A DNA stretch of 64,000 bases. It comes from a virus. Of this stretch, positions 1 through 8,977 are shown one piece after another (position 1 is the first letter of the stretch; every line of letters starts with the position of its first letter). The notes under the pieces are model-generated. The model was not told where the DNA came from, ran no database searches, and saw nothing but the letters and a program-made list of their open reading frames with translations. Location: positions 1 through 64,000 of IMG/VR virus record IMGVR_UViG_3300005673_000094; one strand, 5' to 3'. The position numbers were made by a program, and so were the translations under genes.

Positions 1-731
1 TTCTCGGCCCCTCTCTCGGCCCCTCTCTTGGCCCCTGCCTTGGCAATCTCTTGGCCCTTAACCACCGTAATCTCTTGTTTCATAACGAGATTTGGTGGCC
101 CCTCGGCCGTGATCTTCTCGGCCCCTCTCTCGGCCCCTCTCTTGGCCCCTATTTCGTGATCTTCTTGGCCCCTAGTTGGCCCCTCTCTTGGCCCCTCTCT
201 TGGCCCTCGGAGCGCTTCGATGTACCTGCAAATCTCGTCGGTCAGGATCTGATAACGAGAGTAGTTTCTGATGCTTATGACGTTCGGGCGGCGACGGTTG
301 CCCTGTGGATCTTCTTGGCCCCTCTCTTGGCCCCTCTCTTGGCCCCTGATTTTCTCGAAATTCCTGTCAAGTACCTCGATCATTCCCTCGCGCTGGAGTG
401 TCTCCAGGAACACACGGACCGTCTTGTCGGACCAGTTCCACTTCTGTGCGAGGTAACCACGGGCGCCCAGCAACTCGCCCACATTGAGCGAGACGACGAG
501 CCCCCAGGTGTGCACCTTGGCGGGCTTGCGGGTGGCCATCATGAGCAGGCTCTGCCACGCCTCGGCGCGGCTGTAGGAGCCGCGGCTGGCCGTGGCGGGC
601 TTCACCGGCTGGCCGTACCCGACCACAGGGTGGTCCTCGATGTGGCGCGAGATGGCGATCCAGTTGCCGGGGTTCTGGAGCCATTCCGGTTCCTCGATCA
701 TGGGCCCGTTGTGGCCGAGCATGTCCGCCAT
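1..731 (-). CDS. Phage replication initiator (wHTH, DnaD/lambda O-like), 3' end outside window; not in ORF track
   Basis: Manual translation MADMLGHNG..GNWIAISRHIEDHP..AEAWQSLLMMA..RGYLAQKWNWSDKTVRVFLETLQREGMI; lies downstream of DnaB; contains iterons. Confidence 0.75.
   Translation of the reverse strand, partial: MADMLGHNGPMIEEPEWLQNPGNWIAISRHIEDHPVVGYGQPVKPATASRGSYSRAEAWQSLLMMATRKPAKVHTWGLVVSLNVGELLGARGYLAQKWNWSDKTVRVFLETLQREGMIEVLDRNFEKIRGQERGQERGQEDPQGNRRRPNVISIRNYSRYQILTDEICRYIEALRGPREGPREGPTRGQEDHEIGAKRGAERGAEKITAEGPPNLVMKQEITVVKGQEIAKAGAKRGAERGAE
4..347. repeat. Iteron-like 12-bp repeats (T[T/C]GGCCCCTCTC), about 15 copies in clusters; putative replication origin
   Basis: Directly visible tandem clusters inside the initiator gene, read in three different codon phases. 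Confidence 0.75.
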
Positions 732-733
732 GA

Positions 734-1117
734 TCACGCCCTCCCTTTGGCGCTGAGCAGCATCAGGATGGCCTGCTCCAAGGCATTTACGCAGAACACG
801 CCCGTGGGCAGCAGCGGCGCCACGGCGGCGGCACGCGTCAGCATCTCGGGCGGGAGGTGCGCCGGCGTGTCGCCGCGGTAGCGGGCCGTCAGCCACTCCT
901 CGGCGTGCAGCGTGATGATCAGGCCGCGAATACGCGCCACGGCCGCCGCAGCCAGATCGCGGTCGTAGTCGACCACCTCCGACGTGGCGGCGACGATGAT
1001 GTCGCTCTCGGCCGCCCGGTGCCCGAGCCTAGTGTGGAGCTCGTCGATGCGGTGGACGCACGACACCAAAAGATCTGGGTCGATGCACGCCACGGGTAGC
1101 GGTAGCCTAAGCTGCAT
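734..1117 (-). CDS. Hypothetical protein
   Basis: Overlaps DnaB stop and the initiator start region. Confidence 0.55.
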   Translation of the reverse strand: MQLRLPLPVACIDPDLLVSCVHRIDELHTRLGHRAAESDIIVAATSEVVDYDRDLAAAAVARIRGLIITLHAEEWLTARYRGDTPAHLPPEMLTRAAAVAPLLPTGVFCVNALEQAILMLLSAKGRA

Positions 1118-2516
1118 GTCGAGACTCCAGATTTGAGAACCGCGTCAGTTCGCCGTGGAATGCGCAGGTGACGATGCCTGTTGATCCCTGCCGATTCTTC
1201 GCGACGATGATCTCGGCCTTGCCTTCGGCCCGGCGCTTCTTCTGCTGCCAGTCCTCGTAGGCTTCGATGTCGTCCTCGGAGGGCTGAGCCCGCGACAGGT
1301 AGTAATCATCTCGGTAGACGAACATCACCACGTCCGCGTCCTGCTCGATGGCCCCGGACTCCCTGAGGTCTGACAATTGCGGGCGCTTGTCCTGCCGCTG
1401 CTCGACGGCGCGCGAAAGCTGAGACAGCGCGAGGACTGGAACGTCCAATTCTTTCGCCAGCGCCTTCAGTCCGTTGGTGATCTCGGTGATCTCGCCAACT
1501 CGGCTTTGATGGCGTCCAGTCGCCTGCATGAGTTGGAGGTAGTCGATGATGATGAGCCCGAGCGGCTGCCGCAGATGCATCCGGCGCGCCCGCATCGCGA
1601 CGTGCGCCAGCGAGGCGCCGCCCATCTGGTCGAACTCGATCGGGAGGGTTTCGATTTGCCGTGCTGCCGTGATGGCCCGCTCAATCTCCTGCTCACTGAC
1701 CGTGCCGCGGCGGAGTTTTTCACCGCTCACCTCTGCGCGCTCGGCGATGAACCGACCCGCGATCTGGTCGGCCTTCATTTCCAACGAGAAGAACGCGACC
1801 CGTCGGGGTCTCTCGCGGCTCTCCGCCGCAAACTGCTGCGCCGCCGCAAGGCACATCGTGCCGGCCAGCGCCGTCTTGCCGATCGAGGGCCGCCCGGCCA
1901 GCACGATGAGATCCGAGTTCATCAGGCCGGAGAGCTTGGCGTCGAGGTCGACGAGTCCGGTACGGACGCCGCGGAGCTCGTCCGGGTTGGCGTAGGCGTC
2001 GGCCATCGACTCGATCGCGAGCGCCACCGCCGACCGCATCGGCACCAGCGTCTCGCGCATGCCGCCGCTCTCGGCGACTTGGCAGATCGTCGACTCGCTC
2101 TTGGTCAGGATCTCCGCCGTGTCGACGCCGCTGGCGATGTCCTCGCGGATGTCCATGACCAGCCCGGCGAGTGCGCGCCGCTTGGCGAGGTCGATGAGGC
2201 GTTCGGCCAGAGACTTGAGCGGCGGGTTGCGTGGCGCCCGGAAGGCCAGCCGCCCGAGGTACTGTGTGGCGGTCAGGTCGTCGGCGACCGGCGCGCACGC
2301 GTCGGTGTAAGCGCGCAGCGACGCGGCGTCCGCCTGTCGGCCGGACGCAACGGCGTTGATCATCGCCTCGTACAGGCCCTGATGCAGCGGCTCGTAGAAG
2401 TGACCCGCCATCACGCCAGACAGCGACGCCAGCGCCCCGTTGTCGATCAGGATCGCGCCGAGGATGGCCTGCTCCACCTCGATGTCGTGCTGGAAGAGGT
2501 CGGAATCGTCAGCCAC
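1107..2516 (-). CDS. dnaB: Replicative DNA helicase DnaB
   Basis: EQAILGAIL N-domain; Walker A AGRPSIGKT; FFSLEM; IIIDYLQL; LSQLSR; DLRESGAIEQDADVV; KNRQG. Confidence 0.97.
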   Translation of the reverse strand: MADDSDLFQHDIEVEQAILGAILIDNGALASLSGVMAGHFYEPLHQGLYEAMINAVASGRQADAASLRAYTDACAPVADDLTATQYLGRLAFRAPRNPPLKSLAERLIDLAKRRALAGLVMDIREDIASGVDTAEILTKSESTICQVAESGGMRETLVPMRSAVALAIESMADAYANPDELRGVRTGLVDLDAKLSGLMNSDLIVLAGRPSIGKTALAGTMCLAAAQQFAAESRERPRRVAFFSLEMKADQIAGRFIAERAEVSGEKLRRGTVSEQEIERAITAARQIETLPIEFDQMGGASLAHVAMRARRMHLRQPLGLIIIDYLQLMQATGRHQSRVGEITEITNGLKALAKELDVPVLALSQLSRAVEQRQDKRPQLSDLRESGAIEQDADVVMFVYRDDYYLSRAQPSEDDIEAYEDWQQKKRRAEGKAEIIVAKNRQGSTGIVTCAFHGELTRFSNLESRHAA

Positions 2517-2828
2517 GGTCGCCTCCCGCCGCGTCGGGCGCACGCGACAGACCGCTATCGGCGGCCATCACGTCGGCGACCCGATCCAGCACGCGCGCCA
2601 TCGGTGCGGCGAGCGGCTCCCAGGCGTCGTCAGCCTGAGGCTCGGCGGGAGGGGATGTGGACAGGCTGTTGACACAGCCCGGTTTCGTGGTATCTGAGGT
2701 GTGCATCGAACTGATCCTTCGATGATGATTCGACCGCCTCGGAGCGCCAACTCCAGGCCATCGCCAAACTCAACCCCGCCCCACACGAAAGGCCTCCAGC
2801 GCAGCCAACGCTGGGGGCCTTCGCCGTT

Positions 2829-3329
2829 TCAGGCCGCCTTGCGGCGGCGCTCGGGCGCGGCAACTTGGAACCAACTCGCACGGATTCGCTCGCCGTTCAC
2901 CTGCTTGGCCTTGGTCTTGTGAGACACGGCCGGGTGCCGCTTGAGCGCACAGAGGAGAACGTTGTCGGACAGCGGCGCGAGCCGCTCGACCTCGCAGTGC
3001 TCCAAATAGAGAGCCATGATGCCACGATCACGGGTCGCTCGGTAAGCCCGGTGCTCGCCGGTTTCGCCGACGCGTTGCAGCCAAGCAACGAACCGATCAG
3101 CCGCGACCTCAGGGTCCAGCGGATCGACGGTCGGCTCCAACAGCCAGTGGCCCATGAGCAAGGTGGCGCCCTTCGGCAGTCGCAGCGCGATCTGCGGCGG
3201 ATTGTCCACGCGCTCGACGGTGTCGGCGATGCGGCGGGCGACGGGCGGGAGCGGGTCGCGGTCCTGCACCGCGGCGCGGCGATAGCCTGGCAGGACGGTG
3301 AGAGCGGCGGTGAGCAGCGCAGAAATCAT
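2829..3329 (-). CDS. Hypothetical protein
   Basis: ORF from MISALL; followed by a stem-loop near 2787-2822. Confidence 0.5.
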   Translation of the reverse strand: MISALLTAALTVLPGYRRAAVQDRDPLPPVARRIADTVERVDNPPQIALRLPKGATLLMGHWLLEPTVDPLDPEVAADRFVAWLQRVGETGEHRAYRATRDRGIMALYLEHCEVERLAPLSDNVLLCALKRHPAVSHKTKAKQVNGERIRASWFQVAAPERRRKAA

Positions 3330-3488
3330 CGGCCCCTCAGGGAGTTGGCGGCTACGCCGCGCGTGCTGGGAGGCCGGAACCCTCAGATCCCCCTGGTTCT
3401 CCGGCCTCCCCGCCGCGCGAATACTGACGCCACTCGTGAGGGGGCAGGATAGCGCGATTCGCCGTCCTGCCACCCTCTCGCCTGAAAC

Positions 3489-3565
3489 TGGTTGCGCAGG
3501 TGGGATTCGAACCCACGACCTTCGGAGTATGAGACCGACGAGCTCAGCCGCTGCTCTACCGCGCA
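3489..3565 (-). tRNA. tRNA-Met (CAT), initiator-like, CCA encoded
   Basis: TGCGCGG TA GAGC..GCTC G TCGGT CT CAT AC TCCGA AGGTC GTGGG TTCGAAT CCCAC CTGCGCA A CCA. Confidence 0.9.
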
Positions 3566-3761
3566 ATACGCCGACCGAGCGCCGCGATCAACGGCGCCGG
3601 CCGGCTAGGGGGTGCCAGGATCAAACCTCCCCCTGAGGCTTTCTTCCAGCCTGGCTCCTCGTGCGGGTTGTGCGACTGGCCTACCCCGCATGTGACCCAC
3701 CCCTCCGCCTTGGCCTTCGGCGTCAACGGGTTGTCGCGCCACTCAGAACCGTGCCAATCCC

Positions 3762-3825
3762 AAGAAGAGGCCCCACTCGCAACGTCGGGGCCAGTCTAGG
3801 GAGGAAACGCCCAAGGAGGGCATGC
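3762..3825 (-). ncRNA. suhB/alpha-r8 (MmgR)-like small RNA candidate
   Basis: GCCCTCCTTGGGCGTTTCCTCCCTAGACT followed by GGCCCC..GGGGCC hairpin and pyrimidine tail; contains the UUUCCUCCCU decamer. Confidence 0.6.
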
Positions 3826-3838
3826 TGTCCGCGAGGAC

Positions 3839-3934
3839 AGCGGTGGGGAGACCAACCCCGCAACTTGCACACGTCACGACGGACAGGCCGGGGACTCATG
3901 GTGGCCGACGTGTGTGTGTGATCTCCCCACCGCT
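3839..3934. ncRNA. Structured non-coding element (13-bp perfect terminal stem plus inner stems)
   Basis: AGCGGTGGGGAGA / TCTCCCCACCGCT enclosing CACACGTC/GACGTGTG and GGCC/GGCC. Confidence 0.4.
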
Positions 3935-3943
3935 ACCTTCGCT

Positions 3944-4195
3944 TTACGCCGCCAACAGACGAACGGGACGCTTTTTTTTGGGCCGAGGTGTCATCGACTT
4001 CGGCCGGGGATACAGGTCCGGCCTCAGGTCGTGACGCGACACACCGGTCACGCGCTCGACCTGCAACACGCGCTCGGCCGGCACCCGCGTCCACTTCGTC
4101 ACCGACTGCGCCTTGATTCGCAGCCGGCGCGCAAGCTCATGCTGAGACCCTGCGGCCTCGATCGCTGTCGTCAGTCCAGCATCGCGTCCCTTCAT
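3944..4195 (-). CDS. Cro/YdaS-like HTH regulator
   Basis: AIEAAGSQHELARRLRIKAQSVTKW..VPAERVLQVERVTGVSRHDLRPDLY. Confidence 0.9.
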   Translation of the reverse strand: MKGRDAGLTTAIEAAGSQHELARRLRIKAQSVTKWTRVPAERVLQVERVTGVSRHDLRPDLYPRPKSMTPRPKKKRPVRLLAA

Positions 4196-4199
4196 GGTG

Positions 4200-4300
4200 G
4201 TGAGGCTTACACCACACACCCGACGCGCGTCAACACACTTTGTCAGCCTCAGGCTTACGATTTGTGGTTGACGGCGCTGTCAGCCTGTGGCTTATAGCGA
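4200..4300. promoter_or_regulatory. Divergent sigma70-like promoters with AGCC-N3-GGCT operator-like palindromes
   Basis: Plus TTGACG-N~18-TATAGC; minus TTGACG-N18-TAAGCC; AGCCTCAGGCT, AGCCTGTGGCT, half site GAGGCTTAC. Confidence 0.55.
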
Positions 4301-4623
4301 GCCGTCGCGTCTCAGGTCGTGGAGGTTGAGTCGGTCATGGGTGGCGTCCCATTGCGGTGCGGTGGCGTAGCGTACTCCGATCAGGTGAAGGCGGCCGAGC
4401 TCGTCGTGCGTGTGCGTAGCGGCTCGGCCAGCCTCACCGACGTGGAGAAGTGGATCAAACGAAAGCCGGCTCAGCGCGCCCTGATCTGGGATTGGGCGGT
4501 GCGCCGCTACGGGGGCGGGGATGAGCGACTCGGTGAGAAGCGTGCTGGGGACGATCGGGCTGACGGCATTGATCATCACCGGGTGCGTGGCAATCGTGGT
4601 GTTGGCAACAGCGGGGTGACGAA

Positions 4624-5712
4624 ATGCTCGACCTGAAACCGAACTACCTTGCCGAGGGGATCTACTTCGGGCTCGACGAGGACGCCTACCACGCCGACGC
4701 GGCGCTGGGCTCTGGCTCGGTCCGAGAGATCGAGAAATGCCCCATGTATTATTGGGAGGACTCGTGGATGAACCCGCTCCGCGAGGCCAAGGAGGAAACG
4801 CCCGCGCTGCTGTTCGGCCGCGCACTCCATAAGCTGGTGCTGGAAGGGTCGGCGGCGTTCATGGCGTCCTACGTTCAGGCACCGCAAAAGGCGGACTATC
4901 CCGAGGCCATCGATACCGTCGACGACATCAAGGACCGGCTGCGCGCTGCGGGCGAGAAACTGTCCGGCACCAAGGACGTGCTGGCGGAGCGACTGCGCGC
5001 CATCGACCCCGACGTGACGCTGTGGTCCGACATCCTGGCCGCGCACGCCGAGATGTGCGCCCGCACCCGCGCCACCACGCTCAAGTCGGACGTCTACGCT
5101 CATGTGATCTCGGCGGCGCAGCACATTGTCGGTGACGAGCGGATCCGCTCTGCATTCCAGGGCGGCCGGCCCGAGGTCTCGATCTTCTGGGAGGAGGAGG
5201 GCGTCCGGGTCAAGGCTCGGCTCGACTACCTCAAGCTCGGCAGCGAGCAGGGACGCACGCTGGCCCTGGTGTGCGATCTCAAATCCTACGCCAACGTGCT
5301 CGACATGCCGCCCGAGCGGGCCGTGCTCCGCGCCATCGCGACGACGCGGCTCGACATGCAGGCGGCGCTCTACCTGCGCGGCACGGCGCACGTCGGCCGG
5401 CTGATCCGCGAGGGCAAGGTGTTCGGGGCCGACGGCATCAATGCCGAGTGGCTCAAGACCCTCGCGTCCGTCGAGCCCAAGGACTGGCGCTGGTACTGGT
5501 GTTTCTTCGAAAAAGAGGCCCCGATCGCGCTGCTGCGGTCGACCCGGCCGGGCGCGCCGATGGTGCAGGCGGGCGACATGGCGGTGTCCCGCGCGCTCGC
5601 CACCTACAAGGATTACGTGGAAACCTTCGGAACGCAGTGGCGGTTCGTGGACCCGATGCCCGACACTGAGGTGTCGGAGACGGACCTCCCGAAATGGCTC
5701 GGCGCCCAATGA
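4624..5712 (+). CDS. RecE/exonuclease VIII-like PD-(D/E)XK nuclease (DUF3799-type)
   Basis: YHAD.ALGSG; FGRALHKLVLE; EVSIFW..VKARLDYL..DLKS; QAALY. Confidence 0.85.
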   Translation: MLDLKPNYLAEGIYFGLDEDAYHADAALGSGSVREIEKCPMYYWEDSWMNPLREAKEETPALLFGRALHKLVLEGSAAFMASYVQAPQKADYPEAIDTVDDIKDRLRAAGEKLSGTKDVLAERLRAIDPDVTLWSDILAAHAEMCARTRATTLKSDVYAHVISAAQHIVGDERIRSAFQGGRPEVSIFWEEEGVRVKARLDYLKLGSEQGRTLALVCDLKSYANVLDMPPERAVLRAIATTRLDMQAALYLRGTAHVGRLIREGKVFGADGINAEWLKTLASVEPKDWRWYWCFFEKEAPIALLRSTRPGAPMVQAGDMAVSRALATYKDYVETFGTQWRFVDPMPDTEVSETDLPKWLGAQ

Positions 5713-5921
5713 GCGACCCACAGACCAGACTGCAGAACGCAACCGTTGCCTACCGCACAGCGGTGGCGGTGAGTGCGACCAGCTTCATGATCGGCGTGAC
5801 TATCCAATGGGGGACGGCGGGCTTCCTGCTCGGCGTGGCGGCGCTGGCTGCCTTCGCTGCGCGGGTGGCCCGCCGCGATCGGGACGAGGCAAGGGACGAG
5901 ATCAGGAGAGCAGGGCGATGA
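5709..5921 (+). CDS. Small membrane protein
   Basis: Two hydrophobic segments; ATGA coupling to upstream gene. Confidence 0.5.
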   Translation: MSDPQTRLQNATVAYRTAVAVSATSFMIGVTIQWGTAGFLLGVAALAAFAARVARRDRDEARDEIRRAGR

Positions 5922-6100
5922 CATTCCAGAGGTTTGTGCAAGTCGTCGGGCTGTCGGCGATCGTGATCGGCGTGGTTTTGCTGGCTCTGACGTTGTTGAC
6001 GGCGCCCCCAGGCGGGGCAACGCACGCATTGCTGTTCAGCGCCGTGTCGCTGTCCTTCGCTGGGCTGTCGCTGGTGATCTCGTCGAGGAGCGGAGGGTAG
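5918..6100 (+). CDS. Small membrane protein
   Basis: MTFQRFVQVVGLSAIVIGVV.. two TM helices; ATGA coupling. Confidence 0.5.
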   Translation: MTFQRFVQVVGLSAIVIGVVLLALTLLTAPPGGATHALLFSAVSLSFAGLSLVISSRSGG

Positions 6101-6103
6101 CTA

Positions 6104-7318
6104 ATGGGTCAGGATCTGGAACTGATCGAGGAGACGCGTGAGGTCGCGCTTGAGGACGCCAGCATGGCGACTCAGATCGCGCGCGCCGAGCTCGACACTC
6201 TGATCGCGACGGCGCGGACCTATCCGCGGTCGATCAAGCAGGCGATGAACCGGATGCTCGATCTCGTCACTCTCGACGAGGAGGCGGCCGACGACGCGAT
6301 CTACGCTCTACCGCGAGGCGGCAAAACCCTGGAGGGCCCGTCGATCCGGTTCGCCGAGGCTGCGGCGCAGTCGTGGTCGAACTGCCGAGTGGCCGCGCGC
6401 ACCGTCCACGTCGACAAGGTGCAGGGGTTTGTCGAGGCGGAGGGGTTCTTTCTCGACGCTGAGACGAACGTGGCCACGTTGGCCCGCGTGCGGCGCCGCA
6501 TCACGGACAGCAAGGGGCGCACCTACAACGAGGACATGATCGTCGTCACGAGCAATGCCGCGCAGTCGATCGCTCGCCGCAACGCGATCCTGGCGGGCAT
6601 CCCGAAGGCCGTCTGGCGCCGTCCCTACGAGGCGGCCCGGCAGGTGCTGATGGGCGATTTCAAGACACTCGCGAACCGGCGCGCCGAGGCGCTCGCGGCC
6701 TTCACGCGGTACGGCATCTCGGATGCGCAGGTGTTCGCGCTGCTGGGGGTCAAGGGCGCCGAGGACATCGATCAAGAGAAGATGGTCCCGCTCCGCGGAA
6801 TGTACGCGTCGATCAAGAACGGCGACGTCACGGTCGACGAATTGCTGCGCTCGATCGCGCCGGTCCAGCCCGCCCGGGTGACCGCGTCGCAGGCCAACAT
6901 GGCGGCGCCCTCGGTGCTCAATGGCGCCGGCGTGCCGTCTGTGGATGCCGCGCCCGCAACCGTAGCGCAACCGTCTGGAACCGGGAAACCGGACAAAGAA
7001 CCGGACAAAGAACCGACCCCAACGTCCACGGCGTCTGCGCCAGCAGCCGCCGTGGCTGCGGACAAGCAAGCGGACACAGTAGCGGTCACTCCGGCGCCCG
7101 CCGACGCAATGGCGAAGGACACCATCCGGCAAGCCAACCTGCTCGCCGGGCTGCAGGCCAAGCTCGACGGCGCCAAGACGGCCAAGGCGATCGCGGCCGC
7201 GTGGCGCGCCTTCGGCGAGGACTACGAGAGCCTGGACGAGGCGAACATGGCCGCCGCGATCGGGAAGCGCAAAGCCGCAGAGGAACGCGTCTCGGGCGGC
7301 CCGAAGTTGGAGATGTGA
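6104..7318 (+). CDS. Putative single-strand annealing/recombination protein
   Basis: Conserved-looking N-domain (YPRS..YALPRGGKTLEGPSIRFAE) plus Pro/Ala-rich linker; sits next to RecE-like exonuclease. Confidence 0.55.
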   Translation: MGQDLELIEETREVALEDASMATQIARAELDTLIATARTYPRSIKQAMNRMLDLVTLDEEAADDAIYALPRGGKTLEGPSIRFAEAAAQSWSNCRVAARTVHVDKVQGFVEAEGFFLDAETNVATLARVRRRITDSKGRTYNEDMIVVTSNAAQSIARRNAILAGIPKAVWRRPYEAARQVLMGDFKTLANRRAEALAAFTRYGISDAQVFALLGVKGAEDIDQEKMVPLRGMYASIKNGDVTVDELLRSIAPVQPARVTASQANMAAPSVLNGAGVPSVDAAPATVAQPSGTGKPDKEPDKEPTPTSTASAPAAAVAADKQADTVAVTPAPADAMAKDTIRQANLLAGLQAKLDGAKTAKAIAAAWRAFGEDYESLDEANMAAAIGKRKAAEERVSGGPKLEM

Positions 7319-7321
7319 GAT

Positions 7322-7651
7322 ATGAGGATGAGACCAATCGACATTCAAGCGCGAGTGCTGACCGACGTGCTGCGTCCGTGGATGGAGCCGTGCCCATTTG
7401 AGCGTGGAGACCTCGTGGTCGTGCGCAAGAAGGGGGATGGTTTGGGCCCTGGATCGTGGAATCCGAATACCGGCTCTGTGTTCATGGTGGCGTCACGATT
7501 GTCGGCTGCCTCGCCGTTCTGCATTGATCATGACGGCGCACTGATGCGGCTCTACGACATGATCGTGATCGCGATGGACCCTGACGGCGAGATCGAGATG
7601 CTGCGCGCCGAGAGCCGCCACTTCACCAAGTACACCGGGGAGATCGCGTGA
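7322..7651 (+). CDS. Hypothetical protein
   Basis: Operonic ORF. Confidence 0.6.
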   Translation: MRMRPIDIQARVLTDVLRPWMEPCPFERGDLVVVRKKGDGLGPGSWNPNTGSVFMVASRLSAASPFCIDHDGALMRLYDMIVIAMDPDGEIEMLRAESRHFTKYTGEIA

Positions 7652-8061
7652 TGGAGGCGTCCGCCGTCGAAGCGATTTCTCCGCGTCAGGTCGACAATAT
7701 CGACCGCGAGATCGGCCGCCGCATCCGGGAACTGCGCATCATCGCCGGACTGACGCAGGAGAAACTCGGCGACCGTCTGGGTCAGACCTTCCAGCAGGTC
7801 CAGAAGTACGAGCGGGGCCAGAACCGGGTCAGCGGCAGCCGGCTGGTGAAGATGGCCCGAGCGCTCGGCGTGTCGGTGGCGAGCCTGATCCCGGACGACG
7901 ATACAGCGGTCGCCTACGAGCCGCATCCTGGGGTCACGGCGCTTCTGGCCACGCGCAGCGGCCAGCGGCTGCTGACCGCGGCAGCGGCACTTCGGCCAGA
8001 GCACCTCGCCGCGATCTCTGATCTGGCCTGCGCCATCGTGGGGAGCAGCGATGTCCAGTAG
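7648..8061 (+). CDS. XRE-family HTH regulator
   Basis: IGRRIRELR..LTQEKLG..TFQQVQKYERGQNRVSGSRL. Confidence 0.92.
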   Translation: MMEASAVEAISPRQVDNIDREIGRRIRELRIIAGLTQEKLGDRLGQTFQQVQKYERGQNRVSGSRLVKMARALGVSVASLIPDDDTAVAYEPHPGVTALLATRSGQRLLTAAAALRPEHLAAISDLACAIVGSSDVQ

Positions 8062-8100
8062 AGAGCGCTAGGATGACGACGACGAGATGGAGGACGCCGC

Positions 8101-8598
8101 GTGACCCCTCGACCAAACCCCAACAGCAACGTCGTAATCCGCTCGGTGGCCAAGGAGATCGTGGACGAGTCCTCCAAGTGGATGGGCGCGGCGTGGCGCG
8201 AGGACATGAGGGATCAGAAAACCGAAGAGGTCGTCAACGTCTTGCTGACGGAAAGCGACGCCTACAAGCGCGCTCGGGCCCTGGACATCCTCGGCTGGCC
8301 CAACGTCGACATGCAACTCGTCTACATACTCGACATCGATCCGGGCCGAGATTTGTTCTGGGAGGCGATGGCGGAGTGGGCGGACCGGCACGGCCCAGCG
8401 CCGCTGTTCGAGCGCGGGCACCGCATCAGGTTCAAGGGCCGCGACTCGGGTCGGGAGTTGGTCGGTCAGATCGTTTTCGTAGACCGCGAGCACGCTTGGT
8501 ATCTGGTGACGAGCGATGATGCAGTGCCGCGGGATGCTGACTACTACGGCTCTCCGTCAGGGTTCTGCGTCCCATTCGAGGACGCCGAATCGGCATGA
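8101..8598 (+). CDS. Hypothetical protein
   Basis: SD GGAGG; operonic. Confidence 0.6.
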   Translation: MTPRPNPNSNVVIRSVAKEIVDESSKWMGAAWREDMRDQKTEEVVNVLLTESDAYKRARALDILGWPNVDMQLVYILDIDPGRDLFWEAMAEWADRHGPAPLFERGHRIRFKGRDSGRELVGQIVFVDREHAWYLVTSDDAVPRDADYYGSPSGFCVPFEDAESA

Positions 8599-8701
8599 TC
8601 ACACTCAGCGCAAGTCGCCTGTTTCTGTTGATCGCCATCGCGCTGGTGGTCGGCGCCATCGGTGGAGTGTGGGCTCAGATCTGGAAGGGGTGCATGTGAC
8701 C

Positions 8702-8977
8702 ATGGCCATTCTGAACGACATTCTCGCTCAATGCGACGAGATCGCCGACAAGGTCGACGCGCTCGCCGAGAAGATCGACGAGATCCCCGCGGCGACCTGC
8801 GAACAGCGCTCCAGCGGACTGTGGCTGCCGCTCATGATCATTGCGATCGTGGCCGGCCTCTACGGCTGCGAGCGAACCCAAGATGTGCGGGCTCATCGCG
8901 AGGCGTTTGAGTCGTGCGTGGCAGCGAAAGACCTGACGCCCGCGTGCCAATTCATTCTCCAGGGGCGGAGCCCGTGA
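8702..8977 (+). CDS. Small membrane/lipoprotein-like hypothetical protein
   Basis: TM followed by LYGC; overlaps next start. Confidence 0.45.
   Translation: MAILNDILAQCDEIADKVDALAEKIDEIPAATCEQRSSGLWLPLMIIAIVAGLYGCERTQDVRAHREAFESCVAAKDLTPACQFILQGRSP

Noticed and set aside
1-350. Possible CRISPR array
   Set aside because: 12-bp tandem units without unique regular spacers, inside a CDS, no cas genes; iterons fit better.
51-881. 276-aa plus-strand ORF
   Set aside because: Antisense shadow of the replication initiator.
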